From NCBI RefSeq assembly GCF_009914755.1, contig NC_060942.1: a DNA stretch of 64,000 nucleotides, one strand, 5' to 3'. Positions 1 through 12,650 of the stretch are shown one piece after another. The DNA is from the human T2T-CHM13v2.0 reference genome, Homo sapiens. The notes beneath the pieces were generated by a model, which saw only the letters and a program-made list of their open reading frames with translations, searched no databases and was not told the DNA's origin. Numbering within the stretch: the first letter of the stretch is position 1; each line of letters starts with the position of its first letter. The translations under genes were made by a program, and so were the position numbers.

Positions 1-499
1 TCCAAGTATAATACCCACTTGGCTCTTCGTTCTTTTTTTGTTTGTTTTTTAATATTGGAATCTGTAACTGAACATTTGAACTAATCTGTCAACAATATAC
101 TGCACTTTCTTGAAGCTTTACTATTTATTTGAAACTCTTCTGCAAAACTCTACCCATGGGTCATTTGAATCAACAGTAGAACCCCTTTTGTTTTTTGGGG
201 GTTTTTTAAATTATTATTCCCATTACTGAATGCTTTTATATAGATTATAACTAAACTGACATTTATATAGTACCAGTAAAATTGCAATATGTTTCAATTA
301 CAATCTTAGATGGGCCTATCAGTCATTTTACTTATTCTTATTTATCTCATTCTGTCATTCCCTTCAACTATTCCAAAAATTCACCTCTCCTCTCAAGCCA
401 TTTCAACCTCTACCAACTTCACTCTCAGCAGACAACCTCAAATCATAATCTTTAAGTTTGTTTTCATTTTAACTTCAAATAAATCTACAACTGTTTTGA

Positions 500-898
500 G
501 CCCCTCAAGACTTAACTACTGTCAATCAGAATACTTACTGATAACATAAACAGTTTACACTCATTTTACATTTTATATTCTATACTGTATTCTTATGATA
601 AAGTCAGCTAGAGAAAGGAAAATGTTATTAAAATCACAAGGAAGAGAAAATACATTTACTATTTATTAAGTGGAAATGGATCATCACAAAGGTCTTCATC
701 CTCAATATCTTCATATTCTGTAGGCTGAGGAAAAGAAGAAAGAGGAGGGGTTGGCTTTGCTGTCTCAGAGGTGGCAGAAGTGGAGGAGGTGGAAGGGGAA
801 GTAGCAGAGACAGGAACATTCAGTGCATCTTTTGTTGAAAAAACTTCACATGTAAGAGGACGTGTGCAGTTCAAACCCATGTTTTCAAGGATCAACTG
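500..898 (-). mobile_element. Tigger2-family (Tigger2a/MER28-like) non-autonomous DNA transposon
   Basis: Terminus GTTCAAACCCATGTTTTCAAGGATCAACTG followed by TA (899-900) matches the Tigger2/MER8 TIR; minus strand encodes the acidic tail EDIEDEDLCDDPFPLNK typical of this family. Left boundary approximate. Confidence 0.85.
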
Positions 899-1139
899 TA
901 TATTGTTGCCATCCTTACCCCTGCTCCTCAGTTGGAAATATAAGCTAGTAATGCAATCTGCCTCATACTCCCGTGGTTCATTTACCAGTGCCTTTGATAT
1001 CAAGAACTCCTATCCTTTTAATTTTTTTACAGCTTTGTTCTATCAGCCCAGTTCCCTCCTCAGTTGTTCCTTTTACAACCTATAAACACATCCAAATCTC
1101 TACTTCATCTTCAAAAATAGCTCTTTTAATCGTGTACCC

Positions 1140-1650
1140 ATTTTATGCTCCTGAACAATCTTTTTGCTTTCTCATACAAATGTCTAAAAGATGTGAGCGC
1201 ATTTTTTATTCTCACCTCACTTTCACTCAACTAACTCCAATAGTTCAGCTTCTATCACTAACATACTCCCAAAGTAGAACTTTTTAAGGTCACTAAAGAT
1301 GTCCTGATTCCTACATCCCAGGAACATATTCATCCTAATTCTACTGGATCTTGCTAACTGCATTTGCTACTTGTTCATTTCCTTCTAAGCATTTCTTACA
1401 TCCTTGGCTTCTGTGATTCTCTACTTCTGATTTTCCTTGTACTCCTCCAATAATTTCTATTCTGTCACTTAAAAAAAATGTATACTCTGCCATCTCTATA
1501 AATGCTTTTTTCTCCTGGGGTTCTGTGATCACCTGCTCTTGTATTCTGTTTGCTCTTCCTCATCTGCTCTCATGATTTTAACACTAATCTATATTGGCTA
1601 CTATTCAATTTCTATATCCACATCCTATTTCTACCCTATCTTTAGACTTA
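1140..1650 (+). mobile_element. L2 LINE fragment
   Basis: Pyrimidine-rich decayed L2 ORF2 motifs (AAGGTCACTAAAGATGTCCT, CCTTGGCTTCTGTGATTCT). Confidence 0.65.
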
Positions 1651-1669
1651 TATAATAAAATAAGTCTTA

Positions 1670-1862
1670 AATAGTGGTTAAGAGAGAATGTTCTTCAGCC
1701 AGATTGCATAGATTTAAATTCTGACTTCACTCCTTAGCTATGTGATTCTGAGCAAATTACTGTATATCACTGAAACTTTATTTCCTTATGTGTAAAATGG
1801 AGGTAATGGTAGTATCTGTTCAGACATTTAATATATGAATATACATAAAATGCTTAGGGTAA
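1670..1862 (+). mobile_element. MIR SINE
   Basis: AGTGGTTAAGAG start and core TGTGATTCTGAGCAAATTACT...TTTCCTTATGTGTAAAATGGAGGTAAT. Confidence 0.8.
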
Positions 1863-1866
1863 TATC

Positions 1867-2325
1867 TGAGGCAGGACACTTCTCCTGGTGGTGTTGGACT
1901 GACCCACTTTTCTTTCTTTTCTCACTTGTCCCTAAGAATGACTCTAGAATGTCCTGGGAATGCAAGATCCTAAGATTGGGAAGAACTGGGTGAAACAGCC
2001 CAGGCTTTGTTTTATTTCTCTCTTAGAAACAGGGTGTCCTTTAATGCTTTGGCCCAGTGAGTCACATTCCCCTGAGTATATAACCTGGGGCCAGCTGCTT
2101 CTCACGGTTCCTCAGCCTTAGTGCAAGTGGGCAGCACAGTCAAGACTCCATTTGCCCTGGGCAGCTTTCCTGAGCCCTAGGGGACTCGCTCACAGAATCT
2201 TAGGATTTTGGTTGTTCCTTGCCAACTGTCTGTAAGTAATAAACCCATTTCATGTAACTTGCTGTATGTGTGGTTTTTCTGTGTCACGGGACTCGGTGAA
2301 GTTGGTAGCCAGTGCACAATCGGTT
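1867..2325 (+). mobile_element. Solo LTR, ERVL class (LTR47-like)
   Basis: TG start, TATATAA near 2077, AATAAA near 2238, and recalled LTR47 motifs GCCCTGGGCAGCTTTCCTGAGCC and TTCATGTAACTTG. Confidence 0.7.
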
Positions 2326-2599
2326 TAAAGCCTGGAGCATTGAAAGGACATGTGTGCTTAGATGCCTCACAGTTATCTCAAATACGAAACGTTCGAAGTT
2401 CACACCATCTTCTTTCCATCTCAGCTATCATCTGGCCAGTCATGCGAACTGGAAAACTGGGGGCCATTCTTTCTCTCTCAAGAGCACCTCAATTCTAATC
2501 AATTTCCAGATTAACCTGTTTTCATCTCACAAATATTTATTGGATCTATATTCTCTGCACACTCCTTTTCTATCTGCCTTTTTTAAATTTACAAACTTG

Positions 2600-3480
2600 T
2601 CGTTCTCTATCTGATCATCAATATAAACATTTCTGAAGAATTGTCCTAGCCCTTCTTCTGTTCTCATTCTATAGTCTCTCTTCAATAAATTCCACTCACA
2701 CAGAGAGATTTACTTCTTTTTTATGCAGAAATTTACTAAATTTATTTTTATCCCATTCTATTCTTCTAATCACCATATTTATATGTCCACCTGACTCATT
2801 GACATAATGATTTATGTATCTTAAAGGTATCTCAAGCTTCTATATTAAATCTGATTCTTCCTTTAGTCCCCTCGTCACTTACTGGCACCAACATTCATCA
2901 GTTTTCACAAAACAGATACTTGTGTGCTGTTCTTGACTTCCCAAACATCTAATTTATTACCAAGTGTCATTTTATTCTACTAAATACTAAATATCTCTTA
3001 AACCTGTGTATGTGTCTCCATTTCCACCCCTGTCACTGTAGGCCAGCTACCATCCTCCCTCAACCAAACTGCTTGGAGAGCTTTCTCAAAGGTTCCTTGT
3101 GTTCTCTCTCTCCCTTTTCCAATCCGTTCTTCCTAGTGGGCTGCCCATTGCCAGCACTGTCTGAAGCTAGTAGTGTTTGAAGCTAATGGTGACTGAAATC
3201 CAACCCGTGTCAGACTTTTCATCATAATCCTTCAATTGCTTGATATTGGTATTAGAATAAATAATAAAATTCTCAATCTGATGAATAAAGAACTCCGTTA
3301 TCTGACATCTTTCTCACTCTTCAGCCTTATTTTGCCTCTAGCCACGTTTGATTCTGTGTAACACAACACTTTCTGTATTGTAGCTTTATTAACACTTTTC
3401 ACCAGACCTCAGTTATAGCATGTTACCTCCAACTGTAGAGACTTCACATTGAACACCTTGTTTCAGCCACCACTTGTGCT
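2600..3480 (+). mobile_element. L2 LINE fragments
   Basis: Decayed L2 3' region motifs (TATATGTCCACCTGACTCATTGACAT, GGCACCAACATTCATCAGTT, AATCCGTTCTTC). Confidence 0.6.
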
Positions 3481-3499
3481 CCTCTCCACTTCTCATGGC

Positions 3500-3818
3500 A
3501 TGGTCAGCACATGCTTTGATCAGCTTTCAGCAGGTGTATTTGATAGAACTCACTGTCTAGGGCCTTCCCTAATGCCAGCATTTGAATACTCATAGGGAGA
3601 ATTCTGAAATGCACTTCAGAAGGTCACGGCAGTATCACATACTAGTTGCTTCCCATGGAACCAACACAATAATGTTTATTTCTATTGATTGGACTTTTCT
3701 CTGTCTTTGTTTTCACTCTCTATTCCCTCACTTTTGCTCCCTGGGATCACTAAGAAAAACATCTGCAAGGAGGTATTTGCCCCAGGCATTCCTCTGAAGG
3801 TAATTCCAGCTAACACAC
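3500..3818 (+). mobile_element. Old ERVL LTR 3' part (LTR16-like)
   Basis: CCCTCACTTTTGCTCCCTGGGATCAC...GCTAACACA resembles the LTR16-group 3' end. Confidence 0.45.
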
Positions 3819-3949
3819 ACGGGCTACTCCCTATGGTAGGAATCTTTCCACCACCACCTTCAGGAATTAACACTCAGTAGTGCTTTGGATCTTGCCATGA
3901 AGATCTTCACTATCTCAATACTCCCATCTCCCCTTCTCTCATCACAACT

Positions 3950-4555
3950 AAGGCTGCCATTGCTTATATAAGACAAATTATATATAAAAAAAGATGTGGT
4001 TGTGTTCTAATAAGACTTATTTACAAAAACAAGTATCTAGTAGTTTTCTAGACCTGCCATGACAAAGTGGCAAATACTGGTGTTTTTAAGCAATGGAAAT
4101 ATATTGTCTCAAAATTCTGGAGTAGAGATGTTTGAAATCAAGGTGCTAGCAGGGCAATGTTCTCTATGAGAGAGCTAGAGGACACTTTCTTGCTTTTTCT
4201 TGCTTCTGGTATTTGCCAGAAATCCTTACAATTCTTTGGCTTATAGATGCATCACTTCAGTCACACAGCAGTCTTAGCCTGTGGGTCTTCATGTCATTTT
4301 CCCTCTGTGCTTGTCTGTTTCTGTATCCCTATAAACATTTTTTTTAACAGAGACACTGGTCATATTGAATTAGGGCACACCTAATAACCTCACCTTAACT
4401 TGACTACTTCTGTAAAGACTCTTTTTCCAAATAAGGTCACATTCTGAGGTACTGAGGATTAGGACTTCAACATATCATTTTTAGAGGACACAATTCAACC
4501 CATAACAAAGCTGCTAGTCAGATTTGGCCTGGGAACTACAGTTTGCCAATTCCTA
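3950..4555. mobile_element. MER58-like hAT element split by the MLT1C insertion (pieces about 3950-4033 and 4508-4555)
   Basis: GTGGTTGTGTTCTAATAAGACTTATTTACAAAAACAAG continues after the LTR as CAGATTTGGCCTGGGAACTACAGTTTGCCAATTCCT. Confidence 0.65.
4034..4507 (-). mobile_element. MLT1C-like MaLR solo LTR
   Basis: Ends TTTCCAAATAAGGTCACATTCTGAGGTACTGAGGATTAGGACTTCAACATAT...CAATTCAACCCATAACA, the reverse complement of the MLT1B/C start. Confidence 0.85.
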
Positions 4556-5865
4556 ATTTATGTGATTTCCTTTTAAAATCTGTCTCTCTCACTATGCTAA
4601 AATAGTCATGAGAACAGGGAATGTGTCCAATTTTGTTTAACATTGTATTTCCAGGAGTTAGGTTGTTGCTTGACAAAAATAAAACACAATAAATTTAACT
4701 GCAAAAGTGTCATAATTCAATCCCCCAAAACTCACACTGGATTACAAGGGAGGTGCCCTAAGTGTTGCCCTTGCCTACATTTCAGTTTATTTAAAATTCA
4801 TGGTCTACCAAACAGATAGAGTTACCTTTCTTGAATACCAAATTAATACGTTTTCTGCCCTATATAAAATTTCAACTTGTTTATATCTCTATGGATAAAT
4901 TCTAAAGTTTTTAAGATGGCATACAAAGTTATCTATTTTGTGAATATTGGCTATCTGGCGAGACTTATCATCTATCATTCTCTGAAGCAGGTGAAATATA
5001 CCAAGCTAGTTTATATTTTAGACTTTTGATTTAGATTGCTTTCTAGGACTGGAATTCTTGGCCTACCCCTTTGGTCTAATCACCAATTAAAGCAAGAGTT
5101 GACTCTGATATTATATATCCCAAGAGATTTTTTCTAGTTTTCCAATGATGGGTTAAGTACACATCTTTATTATTCCTACAAATATTTTATACATATTTGT
5201 CACTGTACTTCCCATAATATTTTTAAATCATTTGTTTCTACTTTTGTCTCTACTAAACCATAAATTTCTTATAAGATTTTATTATCTATCTTCATGGTAC
5301 TTTATATATTCTTGGCACAAGGTAGGCATGTTAAGTAAACGTTTATTGAGTAAATAAACACTTAATGAAAGAGGAAAGAGTATTGGTTTTAAGTTTTAAA
5401 CATTTACTGAATCTCCCACCACGTGCACTTGACCATTCAAAGTGAGATGGGACAGAGAGCATTAAAGTTTGACTTTCCTCATCTTTAGATGTTCAAAACT
5501 ATTTCTTCCAACAAATCCTTTTTACATGGCTGGCCAACAGGGGCAACCAGATAAAGTTACTTCCCAGACATAGAAAGACTAGAGGAAAAGTAATATGTCA
5601 ATGCAGAGGAAAATAATGTGTACTAAGTCCAGGCCTTCAGCATTCTGAGCTGGACACCACCTCTTACCTCTTTTTCATGCTTGTGTGTTAACTTCTAAGG
5701 TAATTCCATTGTTCTCTCATTTTCAGTAATATAAATAAGCAGCATTGATACAACTGACAAAAGATATTTTAGAAGTTTCTAATCGCCAATGAGTTGATTT
5801 TTCATCTTACATAAATAAATTAGAGAAATGCTGTAAGAGCTAAAAATAAAATGACAGGAACATAA

Positions 5866-6046
5866 TTTTTTTAACAATTATTTTAGGTTCAGGGCACATG
5901 TGAAGGTTTGCTATATAGGTAAACTTGTGTCACGAGATTTGTTTTACAGATTATTTCATCACCCAAGTATTAAGCCTAGTATCCAATAGTTATTTTTTTC
6001 TGCTCTTTTCCTCCTCCCACCTTCCACCCTCAAGTACACCCCAGTG
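5866..6046 (-). mobile_element. Short 5'-truncated L1PA13-16-like 3' end
   Basis: L1 3' UTR (ACAGATTATTTCATCACCCAAGTATTAAGCCTAGTA); flanking AGGAACATAA (5856) / AGGGACATAA (6047) is a probable TSD. Confidence 0.85.
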
Positions 6047-7164
6047 AGGGACATAAAGTTTTAAAAATGAAAAATATAAGATGGAAAAACAATTGGCTTT
6101 GGACAGCTCTCGGATATTTTCCTACCAGTGTGCATTTTAACTTGCAAATAGAAATATTTTTGACAATTTTCAGTTACAGACAGGCCACTTACCAAATATT
6201 ATCTATTTGTGAAGAAGCAATCATGAAAGGCCATTTCATGGTATAGAGTCAGAATTAACTAGGGAATCACAGCTGACATTCAGTGTTATGCAGAGCAGAA
6301 AGAAATATGCTGAAAGGCTATATTTTGAAGTTTGTATATTGTACTAAAAAGAAGAATATAAAAATAGAGATGCTCCAAAAGAAACAAATCTTTTCAGGAA
6401 AAAATGCACCACCTATGATATAAATATGTTTTCATTCAACCAGTAAAAATACTTTAGATAGACAGAGGGAAACAAATCCCAAGGGTATTTTTTCTTTTTA
6501 GAAATTCCTTTTTTTTTTCAATAATAAAGAAGTCAAAGACCAAGTATAAAGGCCCAATTCCATCCAAAGTATATAATTTTATGAGCCAAAAGTGAGGCTT
6601 TATAAAATACTTTCTTTGTACTTATTCGACTGTTTCTACAAAGGGAACTCATATTTGGCTCTTTATTTTCTTTTATAATAACCTGGGAAAATGATAAAAG
6701 ACAAAAATGATGAAAGCTGCTAAAGCTTTGGAAACTATTTTAAAATGGTTTTTTCATCAACTTCCATATACCCATGCAAGTGGCACTTTGTCAAAGTAAT
6801 CTATTAACTGTATGAATAGACTTGCTACAGGAGACCTCATGTTAATTCCTTAAAATTAAGAATTTATTTATGTATATGTATATATACTTGGACACATTGG
6901 TCTTTTAAAAAAATTGTCTATAGAATTTTTTTAGAATGCCATTTCTTTTTACTCACATTAGTACAATTCAACAGCATGCTGGTTTTCAGTGTTCCATGAT
7001 TGTGTTTATTATTTATTTTGGTGTGTATTTTGTTGCACATCAATTAGTTTCTAAAGTCCTAAGAGTTGGATGAAGTCAAAAAACATCAGTGATGTCATGG
7101 AAGCATGTCTGAACATCTGCCTGTGCTTACATTCTCCAAAGCAAATGTTAGTCAGCTTTTTAAT

Positions 7165-10100
7165 AATTTTTCTTAAACTTTTGTTTTAGGTATGGGGTAC
7201 ACGTGCAGCTTTGTTAAATAGATAAACTCGTGTCATGGGGGTTTGTTGTACAGATTACTTTGTCAGCTGAATACTAAGCCCAGTACTAAATAGTTACTTT
7301 TCCTGCTCTTCTTCCTTTTTGCACCCTACACCCTCAGGTAGGCCCCCGGTGTCTGTTTGTCCCCTTTTTGTGTCCATGTGTTCTCATCATTTAGCTCACT
7401 TTTATAAGTGAAAATGTGCAGTATTTAGTTTTCTGTTCCTGTGTTAGTTTGCTAAGGATAATGGCCTCCAGCTCCATCCGTGTTTCTGCAAAAGACGTGA
7501 TCTCATTATTTTTTATGGCTGGAAAGTATTCCACGGTGTATATGTACCACATTTTTGTTATCCAGTCTTCCACTGATAGCCATATAGATTAATTCCATGT
7601 CTTTGCTATTATGAATAGGGCTGCAGTGAAGATACACGTGCATGTGTCTTTATGATAAAACAATATATATTCCTTTGAGGTATATATCCAGTAATGGGAT
7701 TGCTGGGTCAAATGGTTATGTTTGTAGTTCTTGGAGGAATCACCGCACTGCTTTCCACAGTTGTTGAACTAATTTACACTCCTGCCAACAGTGTATAAGT
7801 GTTCCCTTTTCTTCACAGCCTTGCCAGCATCTATTATTTTTTGACTTTTTAATAATAGCCATTCTGAAGCTTGTGAGATAATATCTAATTATGGTTTTCA
7901 TTTGTGTTTCTCTAATGATCAGTGATACTGAGCTTTTCTTCATATGCTTTTTGGCCACAGGTTTGTCTTTTGAAAGTGTCTGTTCATGTCCTTTACTCAC
8001 TTTTAAAGGAATTGTTTTTCTCTTGAAATTTATTCAAGTTCCTTATAGTTACTGGATATTAGAGACTTTTGATAGGTACATAGTTTGTGAATATTTTCTT
8101 CCATTCTGTAGATTATCTCTTTACTCTATTGAAAGTGTCTTTTGCTGTGCAGAAGCTCATATAATTAGATCTCATTTGTCCATTTTTGCTTTGTTACAAT
8201 TACTTTTAGTTTGTCAAGAAATCATTGCATGTTCCTATGTCCAGAATGGTATTGCCTAGCTTGTCTTCCAGGGTTTCTATAGTTTTGGATTTTACCTTTA
8301 AGTCTTTAATCTATCTTGAATTAATTTTTGTATATGGTGTAAGGAAAGGATCCAGTTTCAATCTTCTGCATATGCCTGGCCAGTTATCCCAGCACCATTA
8401 ATTGAATCTATTTCAGGGATGTCAGTGACTTGTAGATTCATTCTCTTTACATAATCCCATATTTCTCAAAGGTTTTGTTTGTTTCTTTTTATTATTTTCT
8501 CAATTCTTTTGTGACTGTCTTATTTCAGAGAGCCAGTCTTCAAGCTCTGAGATTCTTTCCTCAGTTTAGTCTATTCTGCTGTTAATAGTTGTGATTGCAT
8601 TGTGAAATTATTGTAGAGTGTTTTTCAGCTCTATCAGGTTAGTTATGTTCTTTTCTATACTGGCTATTTTGTCTGTAAGCTCTTCTATCATTTTATTGTG
8701 ATTCTTAGCTTCCTTAGATTGGATTTCAACATTCTTCTGAATCTCAATGATCTTTACTCCTATTCATATTCTGAATTCTATTTCTGTCATTTTAGCCATC
8801 TCAGTCAGTCCAGTTAAGAACCCTTGCTAGAGAGCTAACATGGTCATCTGGAGGAAAGAAGGCACTCTGGCTTTTTGAATTGTCAGAGTTATTGGGCTGA
8901 TTATTTCACATCCTTTTGGGCTGGTGTTCCTTCAGTCTTTGAATTTGCTGTCCTTGGGGTGAGGTTTTTTTTTTTCTTTTTAAATTCTAGTTGATGAACT
9001 TCAGGATCTGATTGTGTTATAAGGTGGCTTTGCTCAACAGGTTTCATTACTGGAAGATTTTAGGGGGCCAAGCTTCAGCTCAGGATTCCTGAATTGTATG
9101 GACAGCATGCTCTAACTCTGGGGGACTGGTATAGGGCACCAGCTTTGTTCTCAGGCTCCTCTAGGTTAGAAACCTGATGTATTGGAGAGGCTGAATTGCT
9201 CCCAGACTGCTGGTCACAACACTCCAGTGGATGGTGTGAGCCAAAGCACTTTGTAGGGCAGCGGCAATGGGATCTGTCTTTATTTACTGGTGCAAGCAGC
9301 AGTGGCTAGTGGCAGCGTGGCAGGGTGTGCACTTGTCGGCTATGGCAGTATGCTAACAGGTGCCAGGGTGCTGACTTTCATGCAGGTGTTCACAGCAACA
9401 ACAGTGGCAGTATGGCTTGAGATGGGGCCCTCACTGGCAACTATGCATGTGGTTGCACTAGTGGTGGTGTTAACACAGGGGTGGGCCCCTGGTAGATGAA
9501 GAACTGTGTGCAACCTTTGTGCACATTCATGCTGGCATGTTGCTGCTCAGGTCAGGGGAGGGTACATTGTTTTCCATGCCTATTTTTGGGCCAGTGGCAG
9601 TGTCAACATAGTGGTGGGGCACTGGGTTGGCCAAGGCTGGCAGGCTCCTTGCTTGGCAATGCCCCAACAACAGTGATGATGTGGTGAGGGGAGCAGGGGC
9701 ATGGTTCACTCATGCCAGCAGCAGTGGCATGGCAGGGTACCTGCATACATGCACACTGGCAGGGCAAGGAAGGGAAGGTCTGCCTGTGCCCACATCTGTG
9801 CAGGCAAAGCAATGTAGGAGGTGTCCACGGGTGACTCCCTGCAGAGAAAACTGGCACAGAGGAGACTACAGTAGAGGGAGGATGCAGGCAGGCTGGTGCA
9901 TGTCTTCTAGGGCTGCTCTGCTGGAGGACTCTTCCAGTCAGATGTAGTCCACCAGGGCAGGATCTATGATGCAAGCCCCCAGGAGGTACCTGGGGGCTGC
10001 ACTGCAAAGAAGCACATCCAGGCTGAGGCCTGGGGAGAGGCCAGCAGACTGAGAGGTCCTCAGTTTGGGCTGGCCCCGTCTCAAAGGCAAGACTGCCCTG

Positions 10101-10597
10101 CAGAGTTCAAATCTGACAGTTCTCCTAGGCCTAAAGTCTCCTATGGGAGCAAGTCAAGCCTAGGAAGACGGGCATCCCTGGCCATGCTCCACTACAGATG
10201 CTCCTGCACCAAACCCTTTGGGCTTCACACTGGCTGGAGTTCTGCTCCTGTCACTTCTCTGAGAAGCTTTCCCTGTCAACTCTAGTGTCTGTAGGAGTTG
10301 TTGGGTCTCCTTCTGCCAAGATTCTAGAGGCCTGGGACAAGAGGGAGTTGCTTCTTGCTTGTTCAACTCACCCCCTCCACAGGAGTCACTGGGGGCCAAT
10401 AACCAGTCCTAGTATGCAGTAGCCCCATGCAGTGTTCCCAGCTTCCTCCCCTTTCAGCCCAGTATCAATGTCTTCCCTCCATCTGCTCTCAGTGCCTTCC
10501 CTCTGAAGATCTGCTAGACGTGCACCACTTTTCCCCATGCCCTGGTCCTTCAGTGGGAGATGTTCCTCCTGGCTGCATCTAATCAACCATCTTAGAG
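7165..10597 (-). mobile_element. L1PA13-16/L1PB-like element with both ends but a large internal deletion
   Basis: 3' UTR and ORF2 C-terminus at 7165-8407 (WYIYTVEY, RYYLTSFRMAIIKKSKNNRCW) joined directly to the ORF1 5' half and a long GC-rich 5' UTR ending CTAATCAACCATCTT. Confidence 0.9.
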
Positions 10598-11339
10598 GAG
10601 GTTCCAAAATACATATTTCACAGATCTGTCTGAAATGAAACTGGTTTCTAGACAAACGTTTCCTATGTCAGAGAGAAGTCTCATTGTGTGGAAGGGTGGC
10701 ATGAACAGGTGTCAGAAGTCTGAAGGCTGGAGGGCGAGCAGCGGTGCTGTGGGTTTGGCGGCAGCTGTGTGACTGTGGCGGGAGGTGGGAGCTGGCCTGG
10801 CAAGTGGGTGGGCACATGCACTGGGCAAGAAGCTGAGACATAGGGGCCACCTGTGCAGAGTCACAATCTCTAGCACCAGCAGCAGAGGCAGCACTGCACC
10901 TCACTTTTCAATAATTTTTTTAAAAGTTGTATGTAATACTCATCAATTCTAAAAGTTTAATTAAATGGTAATTAACTACATATAAGCTGGAAATTCAGAT
11001 ATTACAAATATAGCTATACGTACATATTTTCACTCTTGCTTATTTCAGCAGATCATGAGATGAAGAAGGACATATGAATAACACAACTCCTAATAGGTGT
11101 TTGGAGCTGAGGTGAAAAGAGCCGCCATGACATTAGACTGGAAAAAGTAGAACCAAGTCCAACACAAGTAAACTATGGCTTCTGTATACGGAAGTGTTAT
11201 GCCCAGTTTCAGGTAACATTTATAAGACAAAGAAAAAATTTTAATGGAATACATTAAGTGGAGAATTACCAAGTGCAAAGCAAGTTCAAAATCTTATCAT
11301 TTCAGAAAGAATGAAAATATTAATCTGGAAAATGAGATG

Positions 11340-11600
11340 TAAAATTGTGCTCAAATATTTGAAAAATGTTGATACCAAATAAAAGATTAGATATATTCTA
11401 TCTAAGACAATGAGGCAAAACCAGGATACTGGATAAAAATTACAGGATGACACAGTTCAGCTCATCCATTTTTGAGTACATTCTAATATAAGTCGGAGGG
11501 TCTGCTGATGAAGGTAATGGGATAATTTAAGGATGACATGAATTGCTATGTTGGATTATTCTTCAGAGGAACTCTCTCATATGGGTAGAAGGATGAGATG
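11340..11600 (+). mobile_element. L3/CR1 LINE fragment
   Basis: CAAATATTTGAAAAATGTTGAT...GATTAGATATATTCT...GGCAAAACCAGGATACTGGATAAAAATTACAGG resembles the L3 3' region. Confidence 0.5.
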
Positions 11601-12419
11601 ATATTATACAGGTAAAATTATTTAACACAGTACTTTATACATAGTAATGGCTCAATAAATATTTTCCAGTAGTGCTATTAATAGTAGCAGCAGTAATAGC
11701 AGCAGCAGTAAAAATAAATTATGTTTAACCCAGAACATCTATAATTTATACATTGACAAAAGGGATTGAATTTATTTTAACATTGTGGCACTATCTGAAC
11801 ATTGTAAACACACTTGGTTTTTTCATTTACTGCCATGTCAAGTTTTAAAGAAATGTTCTTGATTTTTTTCTGCCCTGATACATCTGCTTAGAATTTGCCA
11901 TTTTTATGGCCCTGGGATATATACAATGAACATCTGAGTACTTAGTTTTATGAAGCTATATAATGTCATAAATCATGAAATTAGTGAAAAGACTTTATCA
12001 TTTATCCAAACATAATAGAAAACAAGTATAGTTCTTGTTTAAGAATTCACATTCTTAAGATACGATTTCAGAAAGTCTTAAAAGTTTTGGGTTTCAGAAG
12101 TTTCTTTCCCAGGCCTGAAAGAATAAATTTTTGACAGGACACATCAATATGTCAGCATCTCTTGGGCTAAGAAATAGGGAATAAAGCTTGGAAATGCTCC
12201 CCAGTTGATTCTGAAACATATCCATTCCCTTTACTAACTGGTGAAAACAATTGATTCAAATACTAATAAATTCAGAAAAACAAATCCACTCCCAGTAGAA
12301 AGCCGGAATCAAGAACTGAATTTATTATCCACTGAATTATCTGCATTTATGATTCGGGTCAATTAAACCTGTAGCTTTTAGAATCTGTATTGTTAGAAAC
12401 TTTGGCTTTTATGTTTTTT

Positions 12420-12650
12420 CTTTGACTGATTACCTGCAGCATGCCCAGCACTGGCACTGCATTTCAAATCTACAGCAAAATCAGTCTTACATCAGATTCT
12501 TTTCTTTAGTAGGAGACAGCGGACATTGCCCCATTTTAAGGATGAATATACAGAGTCTCAGAGTGACTGATTCTCCCAAAGTCATACACTTAATACACAG
12601 GAGGCCTGATATTCAAGCTTGGATCTCTTTGATTTCAAAGCTCACTTCAC
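12420..12650 (-). mobile_element. MIR SINE
   Basis: CCCCATTTTAAGGATGAA...GTGACTGATTCTCCCAAAGTCATACA is the antisense MIR core. Confidence 0.7.

Noticed and set aside
659-1003. 114-aa minus-strand ORF with acidic C-terminus
   Set aside because: Mostly Tigger2-derived sequence fused to flank; no independent gene evidence.
5400-7160. Short peptide resemblances to known membrane proteins in minus-strand translations (for example SGLSVTE, VKCT)
   Set aside because: Isolated words whose flanks do not extend; expected by chance, so no gene name assigned.
9290-10655. Cluster of overlapping ORFs in GC-rich DNA
   Set aside because: Lies in the L1 5' UTR, where high GC lowers stop frequency.
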